Source of the DNA: an uncultured Candidatus Saccharibacteria bacterium
Lineage (GTDB): Bacteria; Patescibacteriota; Doudnabacteria; UBA920
Direction: 5' to 3'
Length of the DNA: 64,000 nt
NCBI GenBank assembly: GCA_964436545.1
Contig: CAYTCJ010000006.1
Coordinates: forward strand, 4,729 to 68,728
Part shown: piece after piece, positions 9,924-20,246 of the stretch
How positions within the stretch are numbered: the stretch's first letter is position 1
How the letters are laid out: every line of letters starts with the position of its first letter
Position numbers and translations under genes: made by a program
The notes under the pieces: model-generated
The model's input: the letters and a program-made list of their open reading frames with translations, nothing else
What the model was told of the DNA's origin: nothing
Database searches by the model: none

Positions 9924-10961
9924 TTATAATTGATTAACTATTTTAGAATTTAAAGTTATTAGCACCTGTCGTAAATCTTCCGGTACTTGGCTTTCCGCTT
10001 CTATCCATGTGCCATCGGGCAACTGCACTTCAATTTTTTTAGCGTGGAGGAATTGGCGGTCCAGCCCGACTAATTTGGACAATTTTCCGCCATATAACTC
10101 ATCGCCCATTAACGGATGGCCTACAGATGCCATATGTACACGAATTTGGTGCGTTCTACCTGTGTGCAATTTTACCATAAGCAGAGTGCAAGTGTCAACC
10201 CCGTTAGAAGTATGGCGCGTTAACGCGCCAGCAGTCCCGACTCGACAGGACTGACTTCTAACGGGGTCAACCACCTCCAAATATTCCAAAACCTGATATT
10301 CGGTTAACGCTTCCTTGGGTTCCAAAATATTTTTAGTATCCTGCTTTCTAAAATCGGTTTGGCTCTTACCCAAGGGCTTGTCTATAAATCCATGCTGTTT
10401 TTCCACCTTACCTTTTACTAAAGCCAAATATTCTTTTTTAATTTTTCTCTCCGCAAAAGCATTTTTTAAAAACTCATACATAGCCTGCGAAGTAGCCACT
10501 AAAATTACCCCACTGGTGTCTTTGTCCAAACGGTGCACAATACCCGGCCTATGTTCTTCTCCAACCAAATGGATATTTTGAAATTGATAGAGCAACGCAC
10601 TCGCCAAAGTCTCGCCTTTAAACCCCGCCCCCGGGTGCACCACTAATCCGGGTGGTTTATCTATAATTAATAAATTATGATTATGGTATAAAACCTTAAG
10701 TGGAGTATTGGTTGGCTTAATGGCCGAAGATTGCTTAGAATGTTCAGACGCCTGATACTCAATGACATCTCCCAACCGCACCACATGCTTAGATTCCCAG
10801 ACCGGCTTACCGTTCACCATAACCAAACCAGCTTCAATTTCGCGTTGAATTTGTGACCGGCTCAGATTTTTGATGCTTTCCACCAAATATTTATCCAACC
10901 GAATTTTAAATTGTTCAACTGTAAATTTGTGGCTCATATTATCAACATACCACCCGAACAC
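9924..10961 (-). CDS. rluD: RluA-family 23S rRNA pseudouridine synthase (RluD-like, N-terminal S4 domain) with in-frame 78-bp palindromic insertion
   Basis: S4 domain, HRLDKDTSGVILVA and TGRTHQIRVH motifs; extra VDPVRSQSCRVGTAGALTRHTSNGVDT segment encoded by 10194-10271. Confidence 0.85.
   Translation of the reverse strand: MFGWYVDNMSHKFTVEQFKIRLDKYLVESIKNLSRSQIQREIEAGLVMVNGKPVWESKHVVRLGDVIEYQASEHSKQSSAIKPTNTPLKVLYHNHNLLIIDKPPGLVVHPGAGFKGETLASALLYQFQNIHLVGEEHRPGIVHRLDKDTSGVILVATSQAMYEFLKNAFAERKIKKEYLALVKGKVEKQHGFIDKPLGKSQTDFRKQDTKNILEPKEALTEYQVLEYLEVVDPVRSQSCRVGTAGALTRHTSNGVDTCTLLMVKLHTGRTHQIRVHMASVGHPLMGDELYGGKLSKLVGLDRQFLHAKKIEVQLPDGTWIEAESQVPEDLRQVLITLNSKIVNQL
10194..10271. repeat. family-A palindromic element (GTCAACCCCGTTAGAAG...CTTCTAACGGGGTCAAC) with internal perfect palindrome GGCGCGTTAACGCGCC, in-frame inside rluD-like gene
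   Basis: Terminal 17-bp inverted repeats are the same as in 3257-3333; both copies translate to DPVR...SNGVD. Confidence 0.85.
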
Positions 10962-11007
10962 TTTAATAAGCTAAATTATCCGTTAATAGAATGCTGTTAT
11001 GATAAAT

Positions 11008-11769
11008 TTAAAAATTATTTTTTATTAAATCCGGACGTCTTTTTGCCGTTCGCTTTACCGATTCTGCCTTTCGCCAAGCTTCAATGTTTTTGTGATGCCC
11101 GGTAAGCAAAACCTTTGGTACCGGTAAAATTTTATAATTTTTAATTTTTAATTTTTTCTCTGATCCTGCCTTGCCAACAGGCACTGTCCACTTCTCTGGC
11201 TTGGTATACTGTGGGTATTCTAATCCGCCGTCAGAAAAAGATTCCTTAACCGCTGACTCATCTTTTCCTAAAATTCCTTTACGAAGTCTCATGACCGCTT
11301 CGCTAATGACCAAAGCCGGCAATTCTCCCCCCATGAGCACATAATCACCAATACTGATTTCTTCATCCACAAATTTTCTAATTCTTTCATCGAACCCCTC
11401 ATACCGGCCACAAACCAAAACTAACTCATCATATTTTGCCAGTCTGTGAGCATCTTTTTGATGAAACTTTTTCCCTTGCGGAGTTAATAAAATAATTCTT
11501 TGTTTCTTTCTGTTTACTGACTGCTGTTTACTGACTGCTGATGTAACTGCTTTCAAAAGGACATCGGCCCTCAGCACCATTCCCACCCCGCCACCATAGG
11601 GCCTGCCATCTACTGTGCCTCTGGTATCCAAACCGAATTTTCTTAAATTAATCGCTTGGACGCCTAACAGCTTCAGTTGGATAGCTCGGCGCACAATGCC
11701 AAAATTTTCCACAAAATCTTCTACAAACTTGGGAAATAAGGTGATTATTTTTATAGAAAGTTTTTTCAT
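11008..11769 (-). CDS. trmD: tRNA (guanine37-N1)-methyltransferase TrmD
   Basis: SPOUT/TrmD motifs (GRYEG.DER, GGELPA); contains an exact 14-bp tandem duplication at 11514-11541. Confidence 0.9.
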   Translation of the reverse strand: MKKLSIKIITLFPKFVEDFVENFGIVRRAIQLKLLGVQAINLRKFGLDTRGTVDGRPYGGGVGMVLRADVLLKAVTSAVSKQQSVNRKKQRIILLTPQGKKFHQKDAHRLAKYDELVLVCGRYEGFDERIRKFVDEEISIGDYVLMGGELPALVISEAVMRLRKGILGKDESAVKESFSDGGLEYPQYTKPEKWTVPVGKAGSEKKLKIKNYKILPVPKVLLTGHHKNIEAWRKAESVKRTAKRRPDLIKNNF

Positions 11770-11770
11770 A

Positions 11771-11860
11771 AAAATTTTCTACTAAATACTAAAATCACGA
11801 AAATACGAAACAAGACAGATCTCAAATTTAGTAATTTAGCACTTTTCGTATTTAGTAGAG
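11771..11860. repeat. intergenic inverted repeat CTACTAAATAC...GTATTTAGTAG plus CGAAAATACGAAA/TTTCGTATTT
   Basis: Read directly in the trmD upstream spacer. Confidence 0.45.
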
Positions 11861-11975
11861 ACATTAGTATTCTAACAAAATAACCTCACTCTTCGCATAT
11901 TTAACGAATAAATGAGGTTATCTTTTGTAAATCTGTATTTATATCCGCGTAATAATCTGCGTGCAGATCCGCGTT

Positions 11976-12416
11976 CTAAAGCTTAAAGTCATCAATCGCA
12001 TCGGTGCTGGAAGTGGCAGGAGCCGAAGAATGACCCATACCGCCCATATACCCACCGGTTCTCGGGGCATATTCTCTTCTAGGACCGCGATGAGAACCTT
12101 CCGGTTCATAGATTTTTAAATTGACTCTGGCTTTGTGTTTAGCACCAACTACTCGCAAAAGAGTTCTTATAGATTTAGCAGTTTGACCGCTTCGACCAAT
12201 CACTTGGCCCATATCTTGAGGATTCAAATGCAAAGTAATGAGTACACCCATTTCGTCAACTGTTCTTTCGGTTTTTACATCATCAGGATGATCAACCAAA
12301 GCTTTGACGACAAATTCCACAAATTGCTGATCTTGTTCCATATATTCTAATATTTCTGATAGCTGATTTTCACTTCGACCTTTTGACCGACCTCTGTCTA
12401 ATTTTATAGAGGTCAT
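11976..12416 (-). CDS. KH-domain RNA-binding protein (KhpA/YlqC-like, extended C-terminus)
   Basis: VIGRSGQTAKSIRTLL KH motif; conserved position between rpsP and trmD. Confidence 0.75.
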   Translation of the reverse strand: MTSIKLDRGRSKGRSENQLSEILEYMEQDQQFVEFVVKALVDHPDDVKTERTVDEMGVLITLHLNPQDMGQVIGRSGQTAKSIRTLLRVVGAKHKARVNLKIYEPEGSHRGPRREYAPRTGGYMGGMGHSSAPATSSTDAIDDFKL

Positions 12417-12497
12417 CCCCGAAGCTTTAGCAAAGGGGGAGTATGAGATAGTGCTATCTTTACGTAATTATAACTTATTAATGTCCAATGTCAATTA

Positions 12498-12851
12498 TTA
12501 TTCGGCTTTTGGTGCTTCGGCTGGAGTTTCCGCTGGAGCTACGGCCTCGGTTTTAGCTTCAACTTTTTCTGCTTCCACAGGTTTTTTGGGTGTATTAAAC
12601 GCTTTCACTTTCTTCGCATCCAACAAACCTTTACTCACCAACAAATTATGAACTGTGGGGCTCATTTCCACTCTTTGCGAAATCCAATACTTAATTCTTT
12701 CTTCCACGGCTTTAAAAGTTTTTTTACGTGGGCTGTAAGCACCCAGCACTTCTAAATGCTTTTTTTTCACAGGCGCTTCTTTTTCGGCTAACACAATTTT
12801 AAAATCCGCCTGATTCTTTTTCCCGGCTCTTTGTAATCTTATTGTTAACAT
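12498..12851 (-). CDS. rpsP: 30S ribosomal protein S16 with Ala/Glu/Lys-rich C-terminal tail
   Basis: MLTIRLQRAGKKNQADFKIV... bS16 N-terminus. Confidence 0.9.
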   Translation of the reverse strand: MLTIRLQRAGKKNQADFKIVLAEKEAPVKKKHLEVLGAYSPRKKTFKAVEERIKYWISQRVEMSPTVHNLLVSKGLLDAKKVKAFNTPKKPVEAEKVEAKTEAVAPAETPAEAPKAE

Positions 12852-13122
12852 GAAATATGTATTCTAATATACAAATGCATCCGAAGCTACAGATGTCTAC
12901 AGATAAAAGATATCTGCGGTACTCGGTAAACTCTTTGCATTAATATATCTGGATAAGTTAATTTATCTTTTTTTGAGCGTGCAAATATTTTACCAGAATT
13001 TAATCTTTCCGTCAACGGCTCTTTTATCCCATTAGACCTAACAGAAATCTATGCTTTTTTTAAAAATCCTTAATTAGGGAACCATAGATACTCATAAAAA
13101 TTAATCCTTTTCATAATTCATA

Positions 13123-15738
13123 CTACTTGGCAAATTGTTTAGCCTGTTCCAATTTAACAGATAATAACTTACTGACTCCGTCATCGCCCATGGTTACTCC
13201 ATACAAAATATTGGCATGCGCCATGGTTTCTCGGTTGTGGGTAATGGTGACAAATTGGGTAGAATGCGACAAAGAAGACAAAATTTGGGCAAACCGAATA
13301 GTATTTGCATCATCCAAAGCGGCATCCACTTCGTCCAATACCACAAAAGGTGAAGGAAAACACGTTAACAGACTGCAGAGCAAAGCAATTGACGTTAAAG
13401 ATCTTTCCCCCCCGGAAAGCGCTTGAATGTTGGCTAATTTTTTACCCGGTGGCGTAGCCTTAATATCCACCCCAATAATTTTATGCGACGACTGCTCATA
13501 CTTTTTTACCATTTTTTCTTCCGGCCTGAGTTCGCCGGAAATTTCCCCTTCACCTTCGGTTATTTCCTGTGGCTCAAGATCTGTTTTATCGTCGGACTTT
13601 TGCAAACTCAAATAAGCTCTTCCGCCATTAAATAAGATTCTAAAGTAGTGTTCAAATTTTTCATTAATTTTGTCAAAGGCTTGGCTGAATTTTACTTTAA
13701 TTTGTCCGTCCAATTCGTCTAAAATATTTCTTAAATCTTGGGCGCTCTTTTTTAAATCTTCCACTTGCTCACCTAAAGCGGTGTATCTGGTTTCGGTCTC
13801 TTGATATTCTTTTAACGTCAAATCATCCATCCCGCCAATGGTATCCAATTGTTGTTTTAATCTTAAAATTTTGGCTTCCAAATCCTGAGTGGCGGAAGCT
13901 ACCGGTTTTTCTAACAATAAAGCATAAAGGGCTTCTCCTAATATCCCCACCACTTCTTGCTTTAAAACTTCGGCTTGAGTATCAAGTTTGGCTTTTTCAA
14001 TTTGCAAATTGGCAATTTTATCTTTGAGCTTAGAAACTTCCTCTTGAGCGCGTCTTAAGTGGCTCTCTAATTCGTGCAAATGTTTTTGTTTGGCTTCTTG
14101 CTCTGCGCTTTGTGTCTTATACACAGATTCCAACTTGGCAATTTCTTGACTTAAAGCTTCCACTTCTTGGTTGATTTTCTCTTCGTCCACAATTAACCCT
14201 TGAACAAACTCATCAAAACTCCCACTGGCCGTCTTCTTTAACTCTAAATCCAATTGTAATTGCTCTTGATGTAATTTTTGTTTCTCCTTTTCCAAAAATT
14301 CCAAAGTAATTTTATGTTTAGAGGCCGATAATTCTAAATTTTGAATTTTGGCGGTAAGCGTTTCTTTGTCTTTTAAGACTTGTTTTAATTCCGCCTGTAA
14401 GTGCCCGGCTGTGTGAGGATCATGAAAAGCCTTGCCGACAAAATTTTTAAAATTACCAAACCTGCCTCGGAAATGTTCAATAGCCGACCTAACCTCTTCC
14501 CAAGGTTTGCCCGAAGCTATCTTGCCATAAAAATCATTTACCGAATTTTCTAACAAATTCAATTCTCGGTTAAAACCTTCCCAGTCTACGGTATTGGGAT
14601 TCTGTAATAATTCATAGAGTTTATTCAACTGTTGGTTAAACTGGTCCAACACGCCAAGCGCTTGCTGTAAATCTTGCGATTCCGCTTGTTGTTCGCCAAT
14701 AACCGAAGCGATTTTTTTATTTACTTCCTCAAGTTTAATTTTCAGTTGATGCGCCTCCAATTGTAAAGTTTGGGCATCTACCAACCCAGTTTGCTTCTGA
14801 CTCTGCATTTTCCCCCGAATTAAACTTAAATCCTCCAATAACCGATTCTTTTTACTTTGGAAAACATTCAGTTCGCTTTGTAAAGTTTTAAACTGTGAAA
14901 AAATTCCACTCTTGTTTAATTCTTCTGTTTCCGCTTGTGCCTCTAAAACCTTCACCGCTTTAACTTGAGTTTCTTTGGTTACTTCCAATTCCGCAATCTC
15001 TCCGGCCAATTTGTCTATCCCTTGTTTTAAGTGCCACAACGTTTTACCAAAATATTCTTGTTGATAAATTTTTAATTCTTGCTCAAGCACCGCGCGTTCT
15101 TCCAACTTTTTGGCTTGTCTTCTTAAAGACCGAAGCCGAGGGGCGATTTCGGCAATTAAGTCTTCGGCCCGCATTAAATTTTGTGCGGTTTGCTCTAAAC
15201 GCCTTAAAGTTTTATCTCTCCGAATATAATAAGTTTTGACTCCACTGGCTTCGTCTAATAAATTTTTTACCTCACTCGGGCCCGCTAAAATCATTTGGTC
15301 AATGGTGCCTTGGCCAATTACCGTATAACGCGAAGTGCCAATATTGCTTTTTAACACCAAATCAATAATATCCAATAACCTTACGCTGGCCCCGTTAAGT
15401 AAGTACTCGCTATTCCCTGTCCGGTCCACCCGTCTGCCAATCGCCACTTCCGCCACATCTAAAGGAATTCGTTTATCGGTGTTATCAAATGTCGCCACCA
15501 CTTCACAAAACCCGAGTTTGGATTTTTTCTCACTCCCGGCAAAAATTACATCATCGGCTTTCTTTCCCCGAATCATTTTGGCAGACTGCTCCCCGAGCAC
15601 CCACCTTAAACTATCCGCCACATTACTTTTGCCACTCCCGTTAGGTCCTACAACGGCAATCATTCCTTGCGAAAACTCCATTACGGTTCGATTGGCAAAA
15701 GATTTAAAGCCTTGAATTTCTAAACGTTTTAAAAACAT
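13123..15738 (-). CDS. smc: chromosome segregation protein SMC (short, 871 aa)
   Basis: Walker A GPNGSGKSN, long coiled coils, signature LSGGE, Walker B VLDEVDAALD. Confidence 0.85.
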   Translation of the reverse strand: MFLKRLEIQGFKSFANRTVMEFSQGMIAVVGPNGSGKSNVADSLRWVLGEQSAKMIRGKKADDVIFAGSEKKSKLGFCEVVATFDNTDKRIPLDVAEVAIGRRVDRTGNSEYLLNGASVRLLDIIDLVLKSNIGTSRYTVIGQGTIDQMILAGPSEVKNLLDEASGVKTYYIRRDKTLRRLEQTAQNLMRAEDLIAEIAPRLRSLRRQAKKLEERAVLEQELKIYQQEYFGKTLWHLKQGIDKLAGEIAELEVTKETQVKAVKVLEAQAETEELNKSGIFSQFKTLQSELNVFQSKKNRLLEDLSLIRGKMQSQKQTGLVDAQTLQLEAHQLKIKLEEVNKKIASVIGEQQAESQDLQQALGVLDQFNQQLNKLYELLQNPNTVDWEGFNRELNLLENSVNDFYGKIASGKPWEEVRSAIEHFRGRFGNFKNFVGKAFHDPHTAGHLQAELKQVLKDKETLTAKIQNLELSASKHKITLEFLEKEKQKLHQEQLQLDLELKKTASGSFDEFVQGLIVDEEKINQEVEALSQEIAKLESVYKTQSAEQEAKQKHLHELESHLRRAQEEVSKLKDKIANLQIEKAKLDTQAEVLKQEVVGILGEALYALLLEKPVASATQDLEAKILRLKQQLDTIGGMDDLTLKEYQETETRYTALGEQVEDLKKSAQDLRNILDELDGQIKVKFSQAFDKINEKFEHYFRILFNGGRAYLSLQKSDDKTDLEPQEITEGEGEISGELRPEEKMVKKYEQSSHKIIGVDIKATPPGKKLANIQALSGGERSLTSIALLCSLLTCFPSPFVVLDEVDAALDDANTIRFAQILSSLSHSTQFVTITHNRETMAHANILYGVTMGDDGVSKLLSVKLEQAKQFAK

Positions 15739-15816
15739 AAATATTTAAACCTCTAAATTCTAAACCTTTAAAAACTAAACCAAAAAAAATCAAACCCGAA
15801 TAGTTTTAAGCAAAAA

Positions 15817-16185
15817 CTACTTACACTTTTGAATAATCGCTCCAAAAATTTTCATTAACTGCTCTGATTCCTGAATTAAACTTTGTTGTTCACTAATCTG
15901 TTTTTCAAGTGGTTGAGTTAAAATTAACCAATATCTACTTTCTTTTGTTTCTTTTTTGGAAATCTTAACTCTCATTATAAAATCTTTTTTACTTAATCCT
16001 TCATTTGCTTCTATATAATTTGCACCCACTGACCCAGATGACCTAACCAACTGTTTCCCATTTTCAAGATTACACAAATCTCTAGGTAATAATCTAACAT
16101 AATTTTGGCACCGATGAGCAAAACTTAAACACCTATTTTCTAATTCAAAAAATGGTTTTATATTTAATTTTGGTGTTTGTGTCAT
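15817..16185 (-). CDS. four-helix-bundle protein (23S rRNA intervening-sequence protein family, TIGR02436-like)
   Basis: SSGSVGANYIEA motif. Confidence 0.7.
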   Translation of the reverse strand: MTQTPKLNIKPFFELENRCLSFAHRCQNYVRLLPRDLCNLENGKQLVRSSGSVGANYIEANEGLSKKDFIMRVKISKKETKESRYWLILTQPLEKQISEQQSLIQESEQLMKIFGAIIQKCK

Positions 16186-16225
16186 TTATATTTTTTGATT
16201 TGTTTAGTAGTTTAGTCTTTAGAGT

Positions 16226-16918
16226 TTAGATATTAAGCTTCGTGAGTGCATCTTCCGCAGCGGAAATTTCCGCCTCTTGTTTTGAAGGCCCACTACCCCG
16301 CCCAACTTCCGTATTGCCCACAAACGCGGCTAACACAAAAGTTTTATTATGGTCCGGACCGGTTTCACTAATTACCCCATAATGGGGAGTAATTCCGCTT
16401 TTTTCTTGCACTAATTCTTGCAAACGGGATTTCGGGTCCATATATTTTCCATCTTCAATAATATTATCCAATTCCACTAAAATTTCTCTGGCAATAAAAT
16501 TAGTGCAGGTTTGATATCCGCTATCCAAATACATTGCCCCAATTACCGCTTCAATGCAATTGGCTAAAATTACTTGTCTCGCACGGCCCACATCTTTGGC
16601 TTCACCTCTGGACATTTGTAAAAATTTTTCAAACCCCAAACGACTGGCAATTAAAGACAACATTTTATAGTTTACCAAAGCACTTCTAAAATTGGTCAGC
16701 TCGCCTTCGGGGTGACTGTAATTTTTATACAAATACTCGGTGGCACACAATTCCAAAACCGCATCCCCTAAAAATTCCAGTCGCTCATTATGAGGCAAAT
16801 GAAAACTTCGGTTCTCGTTCAAATAAGACCGATGAGTAAACGCGGAAATAAAAAAGTCCAAGTTATTGATTTTAGTTTGAAGAATGGTTTCTAATTCTTC
16901 TTTATTGATTTTAGGCAC
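16226..16918 (-). CDS. rnc: ribonuclease III
   Basis: ERLEFLGDAVLEL RNase III signature plus C-terminal dsRBD. Confidence 0.9.
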   Translation of the reverse strand: MPKINKEELETILQTKINNLDFFISAFTHRSYLNENRSFHLPHNERLEFLGDAVLELCATEYLYKNYSHPEGELTNFRSALVNYKMLSLIASRLGFEKFLQMSRGEAKDVGRARQVILANCIEAVIGAMYLDSGYQTCTNFIAREILVELDNIIEDGKYMDPKSRLQELVQEKSGITPHYGVISETGPDHNKTFVLAAFVGNTEVGRGSGPSKQEAEISAAEDALTKLNI

Positions 16919-17075
16919 GGATTAGAGTTAGGAATATAGAATTATGAGTTATGAGTATTTGTTCTACTTTGCCAAGGCTTCGTAGGACATTTCTTCGCTC
17001 TATAAATTTAAGCCTCAAATGTCTGTAAGAATAAGATTTATTTGATGCTTGCACTTCGTAGCTTCCGCGAAGAAG

Positions 17076-17150
17076 TGGTGGGCAGTGAAGGGATTGAACC
17101 TTCGACCCTCTCTACGTCAAAGAGATGCTCTACCACTGAGCTAACTGCCC
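17076..17150 (-). tRNA. tRNA-Val (anticodon GAC)
   Basis: Manual cloverleaf: acceptor GGGCAGT, D arm GCTCAGTGGTAGAGC, anticodon loop TTGACGT, T arm GAAGGTTCAATCCCTTC, encoded CCA. Confidence 0.8.
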
Positions 17151-17279
17151 AATATTGCAATCTTATATTTTATAATCCATTCAACCAATGGTGCGGGCCA
17201 AACTAAGCTACGTTCCCTCTAACTTCGTCAAAACTTCTTAGGATAAGAGGAGACTATAAACATAATAGTTATCTTCTTG

Positions 17280-17316
17280 TCCTCCGTAGCCTTGACGGAG
17301 GAGGAAGCTAACTGCC
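17280..17316. other. hairpin TCCTCCGTAGCCTTGACGGAGGA followed by a 12-nt duplicate (AGCTAACTGCCC) of the tRNA-Val 5' end
   Basis: Exact 12-mer also at 17139-17150 inside tRNA-Val. Confidence 0.4.
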
Positions 17317-17404
17317 CTTAGGTATTTTAAAAAACAAAGAAATTGCCTTCTGATTGTATCAAAAATCGCGATTCTCTTCAAACCGCGATTTTTGCTCCTG
17401 TAAT

Positions 17405-19273
17405 TTATACCCCTTTCGGGTCACCAAACAAAATATGTTGTTGTAATTTTTCTTGGGGAATAATGTCTTTCACGAGCTCATGAAACTCTTCTTGTTCTAT
17501 AGTTTCTTTATCGATTAACTGCTGGGCGATTTTATTTAAATAATCTCGATATTTGGTTAAAATCTCCGTGGCTCGGTTAAAGCCTTCTGTCATAATCCGA
17601 TTAATTTCCGAATCGATCTTTCGGGCGATTTCCTCACTATAGTTTCTTTGTTCGTGCAAATCTTTACCTAAAAATACCATTTCTTGGTTATTACCTAAAG
17701 CCACCGGTCCCAATTCTTCGCTCATGCCATAAGCCATAATTAATTTTCTTGCCATACCGGTAGCCACTTTTAAATCATTACTGGCGCCGGTGGTGAGTTC
17801 GTTAAAAACCAATTTCTCCGCTGCATAACCACCCATTAAAGCTGCGATTTCATCCAAAAAACTGGATCGGGTATGCAAATGTTTATCTTCAAACGGCAAT
17901 TTCATAGTATAGCCCGCAGCTCTCCCTCGGGAAATTATCGACACTTTATGGACCGGATCGGAAAAAGCCAGCGCGCTACCCACTAAAGCATGCCCGCCTT
18001 CATGGAAAGCGGTAACTTCCTTTTCTTTCGGTGATAAAATATGACTCTTTCTTTCCGGTCCCAGCATCACTTTTTCCACGGCTTCCTTTAAATTTAGTTG
18101 GCTAATTTCTTTTTTATCTGCCCGAGCGGCTAAAATGGCCGCCTCATTCAAGATATTGGCTAAATCGGCGCCGGAAAAACCAGGCGTTCGCTCGGCGATT
18201 TTGCGCAAATTGGCATCTGTGGCCAAAGGTTTATTTTTGGCGTGAATTTGTAAAATCGCCTCTCTGTCCTTAATGTCCGGCAAATCCAAAACCACTTGTC
18301 TATCAAACCTACCCGGTCTAAGTAAAGCCGGATCTAACACATCGGGCCGGTTGGTGGCAGCCATCACAATCACATTGGTATCGTTCTCAAATCCATCCAT
18401 CTCCACTAAAATTTGGTTTAAGGTTTGTTCTCTTTCGTCATGCCCACCGCCTAAACCCGCCCCTCTTTGTCTGCCCACAGCGTCAATTTCATCTACAAAT
18501 ACAATGCAAGGCGCATTCTTTTTAGCTTTTTTAAATAAATCTCTCACTCTCGCAGCTCCCACCCCCACAAACATTTCTACAAATTCACTGCCGGAAATAT
18601 GAAAGAAGGGCACATTTGCCTCACCGGCTACGGCTCTCGCCAACAAAGTTTTACCCACGCCCGGACTACCCAACAACAACACGCCTTTGGGAATTTTAGC
18701 TCCCAGAGCTAAAAATTTTTGTGGGAATCTTAAAAAATCCACGACTTCTTTTAATTCTTCCTTAGCTTCCTTTACTCCGGCCACTTCGGAAAATTTTACT
18801 TTTATTTTATTCTCCTCGGTTAACCGAGCGCTAGATTGGCCAAAAGTTAACGCTCGATTATTGGCACCTTGCACGTTGCGCATTAAAAAATAAATAAATA
18901 AAGAAATTAATACAAAGGGCACTAAAAACGGCACAATGGAATCTAAAAATACCGCCCAACCGCTTTTATTAACATACCCGATTTGCAAATTTTTTAACTT
19001 TTCCGGTTCTACTCCGGTATTTTTAAAAAAATCCGTAATTTCCGTATATTTGCCCAAAATACTTACATACTTCACTTCCGTGTCTTTAATTTTTGCAGTG
19101 ACTTGGCTTTCACTTACTTCCACATACTCCACTTTACCTTGGTTAATTAGCTGACTTATTTCCGACATCTTCACATTTTTCACTTCATTTTTAGGCGAAA
19201 AAGCCTCAAACACAAAGGAGAGCAATAAAAATGCCAATAAAATATACAATAAATTTTTTATAATTTTACTCAT
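17405..19273 (-). CDS. ftsH: ATP-dependent zinc metalloprotease FtsH
   Basis: TM-periplasmic-TM N-term, AAA+ Walker A GPPGTGKT, SRH, HEGGHA zinc motif. Confidence 0.95.
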   Translation of the reverse strand: MSKIIKNLLYILLAFLLLSFVFEAFSPKNEVKNVKMSEISQLINQGKVEYVEVSESQVTAKIKDTEVKYVSILGKYTEITDFFKNTGVEPEKLKNLQIGYVNKSGWAVFLDSIVPFLVPFVLISLFIYFLMRNVQGANNRALTFGQSSARLTEENKIKVKFSEVAGVKEAKEELKEVVDFLRFPQKFLALGAKIPKGVLLLGSPGVGKTLLARAVAGEANVPFFHISGSEFVEMFVGVGAARVRDLFKKAKKNAPCIVFVDEIDAVGRQRGAGLGGGHDEREQTLNQILVEMDGFENDTNVIVMAATNRPDVLDPALLRPGRFDRQVVLDLPDIKDREAILQIHAKNKPLATDANLRKIAERTPGFSGADLANILNEAAILAARADKKEISQLNLKEAVEKVMLGPERKSHILSPKEKEVTAFHEGGHALVGSALAFSDPVHKVSIISRGRAAGYTMKLPFEDKHLHTRSSFLDEIAALMGGYAAEKLVFNELTTGASNDLKVATGMARKLIMAYGMSEELGPVALGNNQEMVFLGKDLHEQRNYSEEIARKIDSEINRIMTEGFNRATEILTKYRDYLNKIAQQLIDKETIEQEEFHELVKDIIPQEKLQQHILFGDPKGV

Positions 19274-19439
19274 ACTTTAAATAAATTATGTGTCTGATGA
19301 TTATATAAAACTTCTTGTTTTTAATCAATAGCAATTAAACTGAGTTGTAAGTAGTAAGTGAGTAAGTTGTAAGTTTAAAAAATACCCTTGTCTGTTCTCC
19401 AACTTCAAGTAAAAAACAATCTTATACTTCAACTCCCAA

Positions 19440-19526
19440 TGGTGCCGGAGAGAGGATTTGAACCTCCAAGGGATTGCTCCCACTAGCTCCTAAGGCTAGC
19501 GCGTATGCCAATTCCGCCACTCCGGC
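19440..19526 (-). tRNA. tRNA-Leu (anticodon TAG), long variable arm
   Basis: Manual cloverleaf: anticodon loop CTTAGGA, variable arm TGGGAGCAATCCCTTG, T arm GAGGTTCAAATCCTC, encoded CCA. Confidence 0.8.
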
Positions 19527-19578
19527 AAGAAGCCTCCCTAATCTTACAGACTTTTAGGAGTTTTATCAATCTGAATAA

Positions 19579-19617
19579 CAAAGATGATCTTCGTAAGAAG
19601 AACGAAGATCATCTTTG
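19579..19617. terminator. perfect 16-bp-stem hairpin (bidirectional terminator) between tRNA-Leu and the pilin array
   Basis: CAAAGATGATCTTCGT-loop-ACGAAGATCATCTTTG with flanking A/T runs. Confidence 0.7.
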
Positions 19618-19640
19618 TTTCAAAAATATATAAGCAATGT

Positions 19641-20243
19641 TTACCCCAAAGGTCCGGTGGAACTTAACGTGTTGGTTACTATAGTTATTATTGTCATGGA
19701 CAGTAAAACAATTACTATGCCAATGACTGCATTAATTAAGGTTTGTTTGCCTTTCTCGCTTTGCTCTTCATTGCCTCCGGCAGTGATGTATTGGTAACCA
19801 CCTAAAATTAGAAATACCGTAGCAATCACCCCGGCTAAAGTTAACAGCCACTTAAGGACAATGGCAATTACTTCAAAAATAGACCCGGCGCCTCTTAAAC
19901 TTCCCTCTTTGGCTTCAGCTTCAGGAGCCGGCACGCACAAACCATTTATGTAGCAAAATTTAGGAGCCGGACAAAATTCATCTCCGGGCTTATCGCATTT
20001 ACTCTGATTACTTCCGGAATTAGAGCTTTCACCTCTACCACTGGCGCTATTAACCGAAGGGGCTGGGGGGTTTGGATCTTTTTTACACAAACTAGTTTCA
20101 GGATCACAAACTAACCCAGTATCACACTGATTAGAGGCATTTGTTATACAAGTACCACCTTCACTTATAGCTAAAACAGTTTTGACAGAAACAGAACAAA
20201 TAATCGTTATGAACAATATAAAAATAATAACTCTTTTGTACAT
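19641..20243 (-). CDS. secreted pilin-like protein 1: signal peptide, Cys-rich (about 10 Cys) ectodomain, conserved C-terminal VirB2/TrbC-like two-helix pilin module
   Basis: C-terminal LILGGYQYITAGGNEEQSEKGKQTLINAVIGIVIVLL shared with the next five genes. Confidence 0.7.
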   Translation of the reverse strand: MYKRVIIFILFITIICSVSVKTVLAISEGGTCITNASNQCDTGLVCDPETSLCKKDPNPPAPSVNSASGRGESSNSGSNQSKCDKPGDEFCPAPKFCYINGLCVPAPEAEAKEGSLRGAGSIFEVIAIVLKWLLTLAGVIATVFLILGGYQYITAGGNEEQSEKGKQTLINAVIGIVIVLLSMTIITIVTNTLSSTGPLG

Positions 20244-20246
20244 AAA

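Noticed and set aside
11514-11541. 14-bp exact tandem duplication inside trmD as evidence of a frameshift
   Set aside because: The ORF remains full-length with intact TrmD motifs on both sides, so the duplication is in-frame in context. Noted but not considered disruptive.
12852-13122. Absence of rimM between rpsP/KH and trmD
   Set aside because: The spacer is short and non-coding. Loss of rimM is common in reduced genomes and is not a feature in itself.
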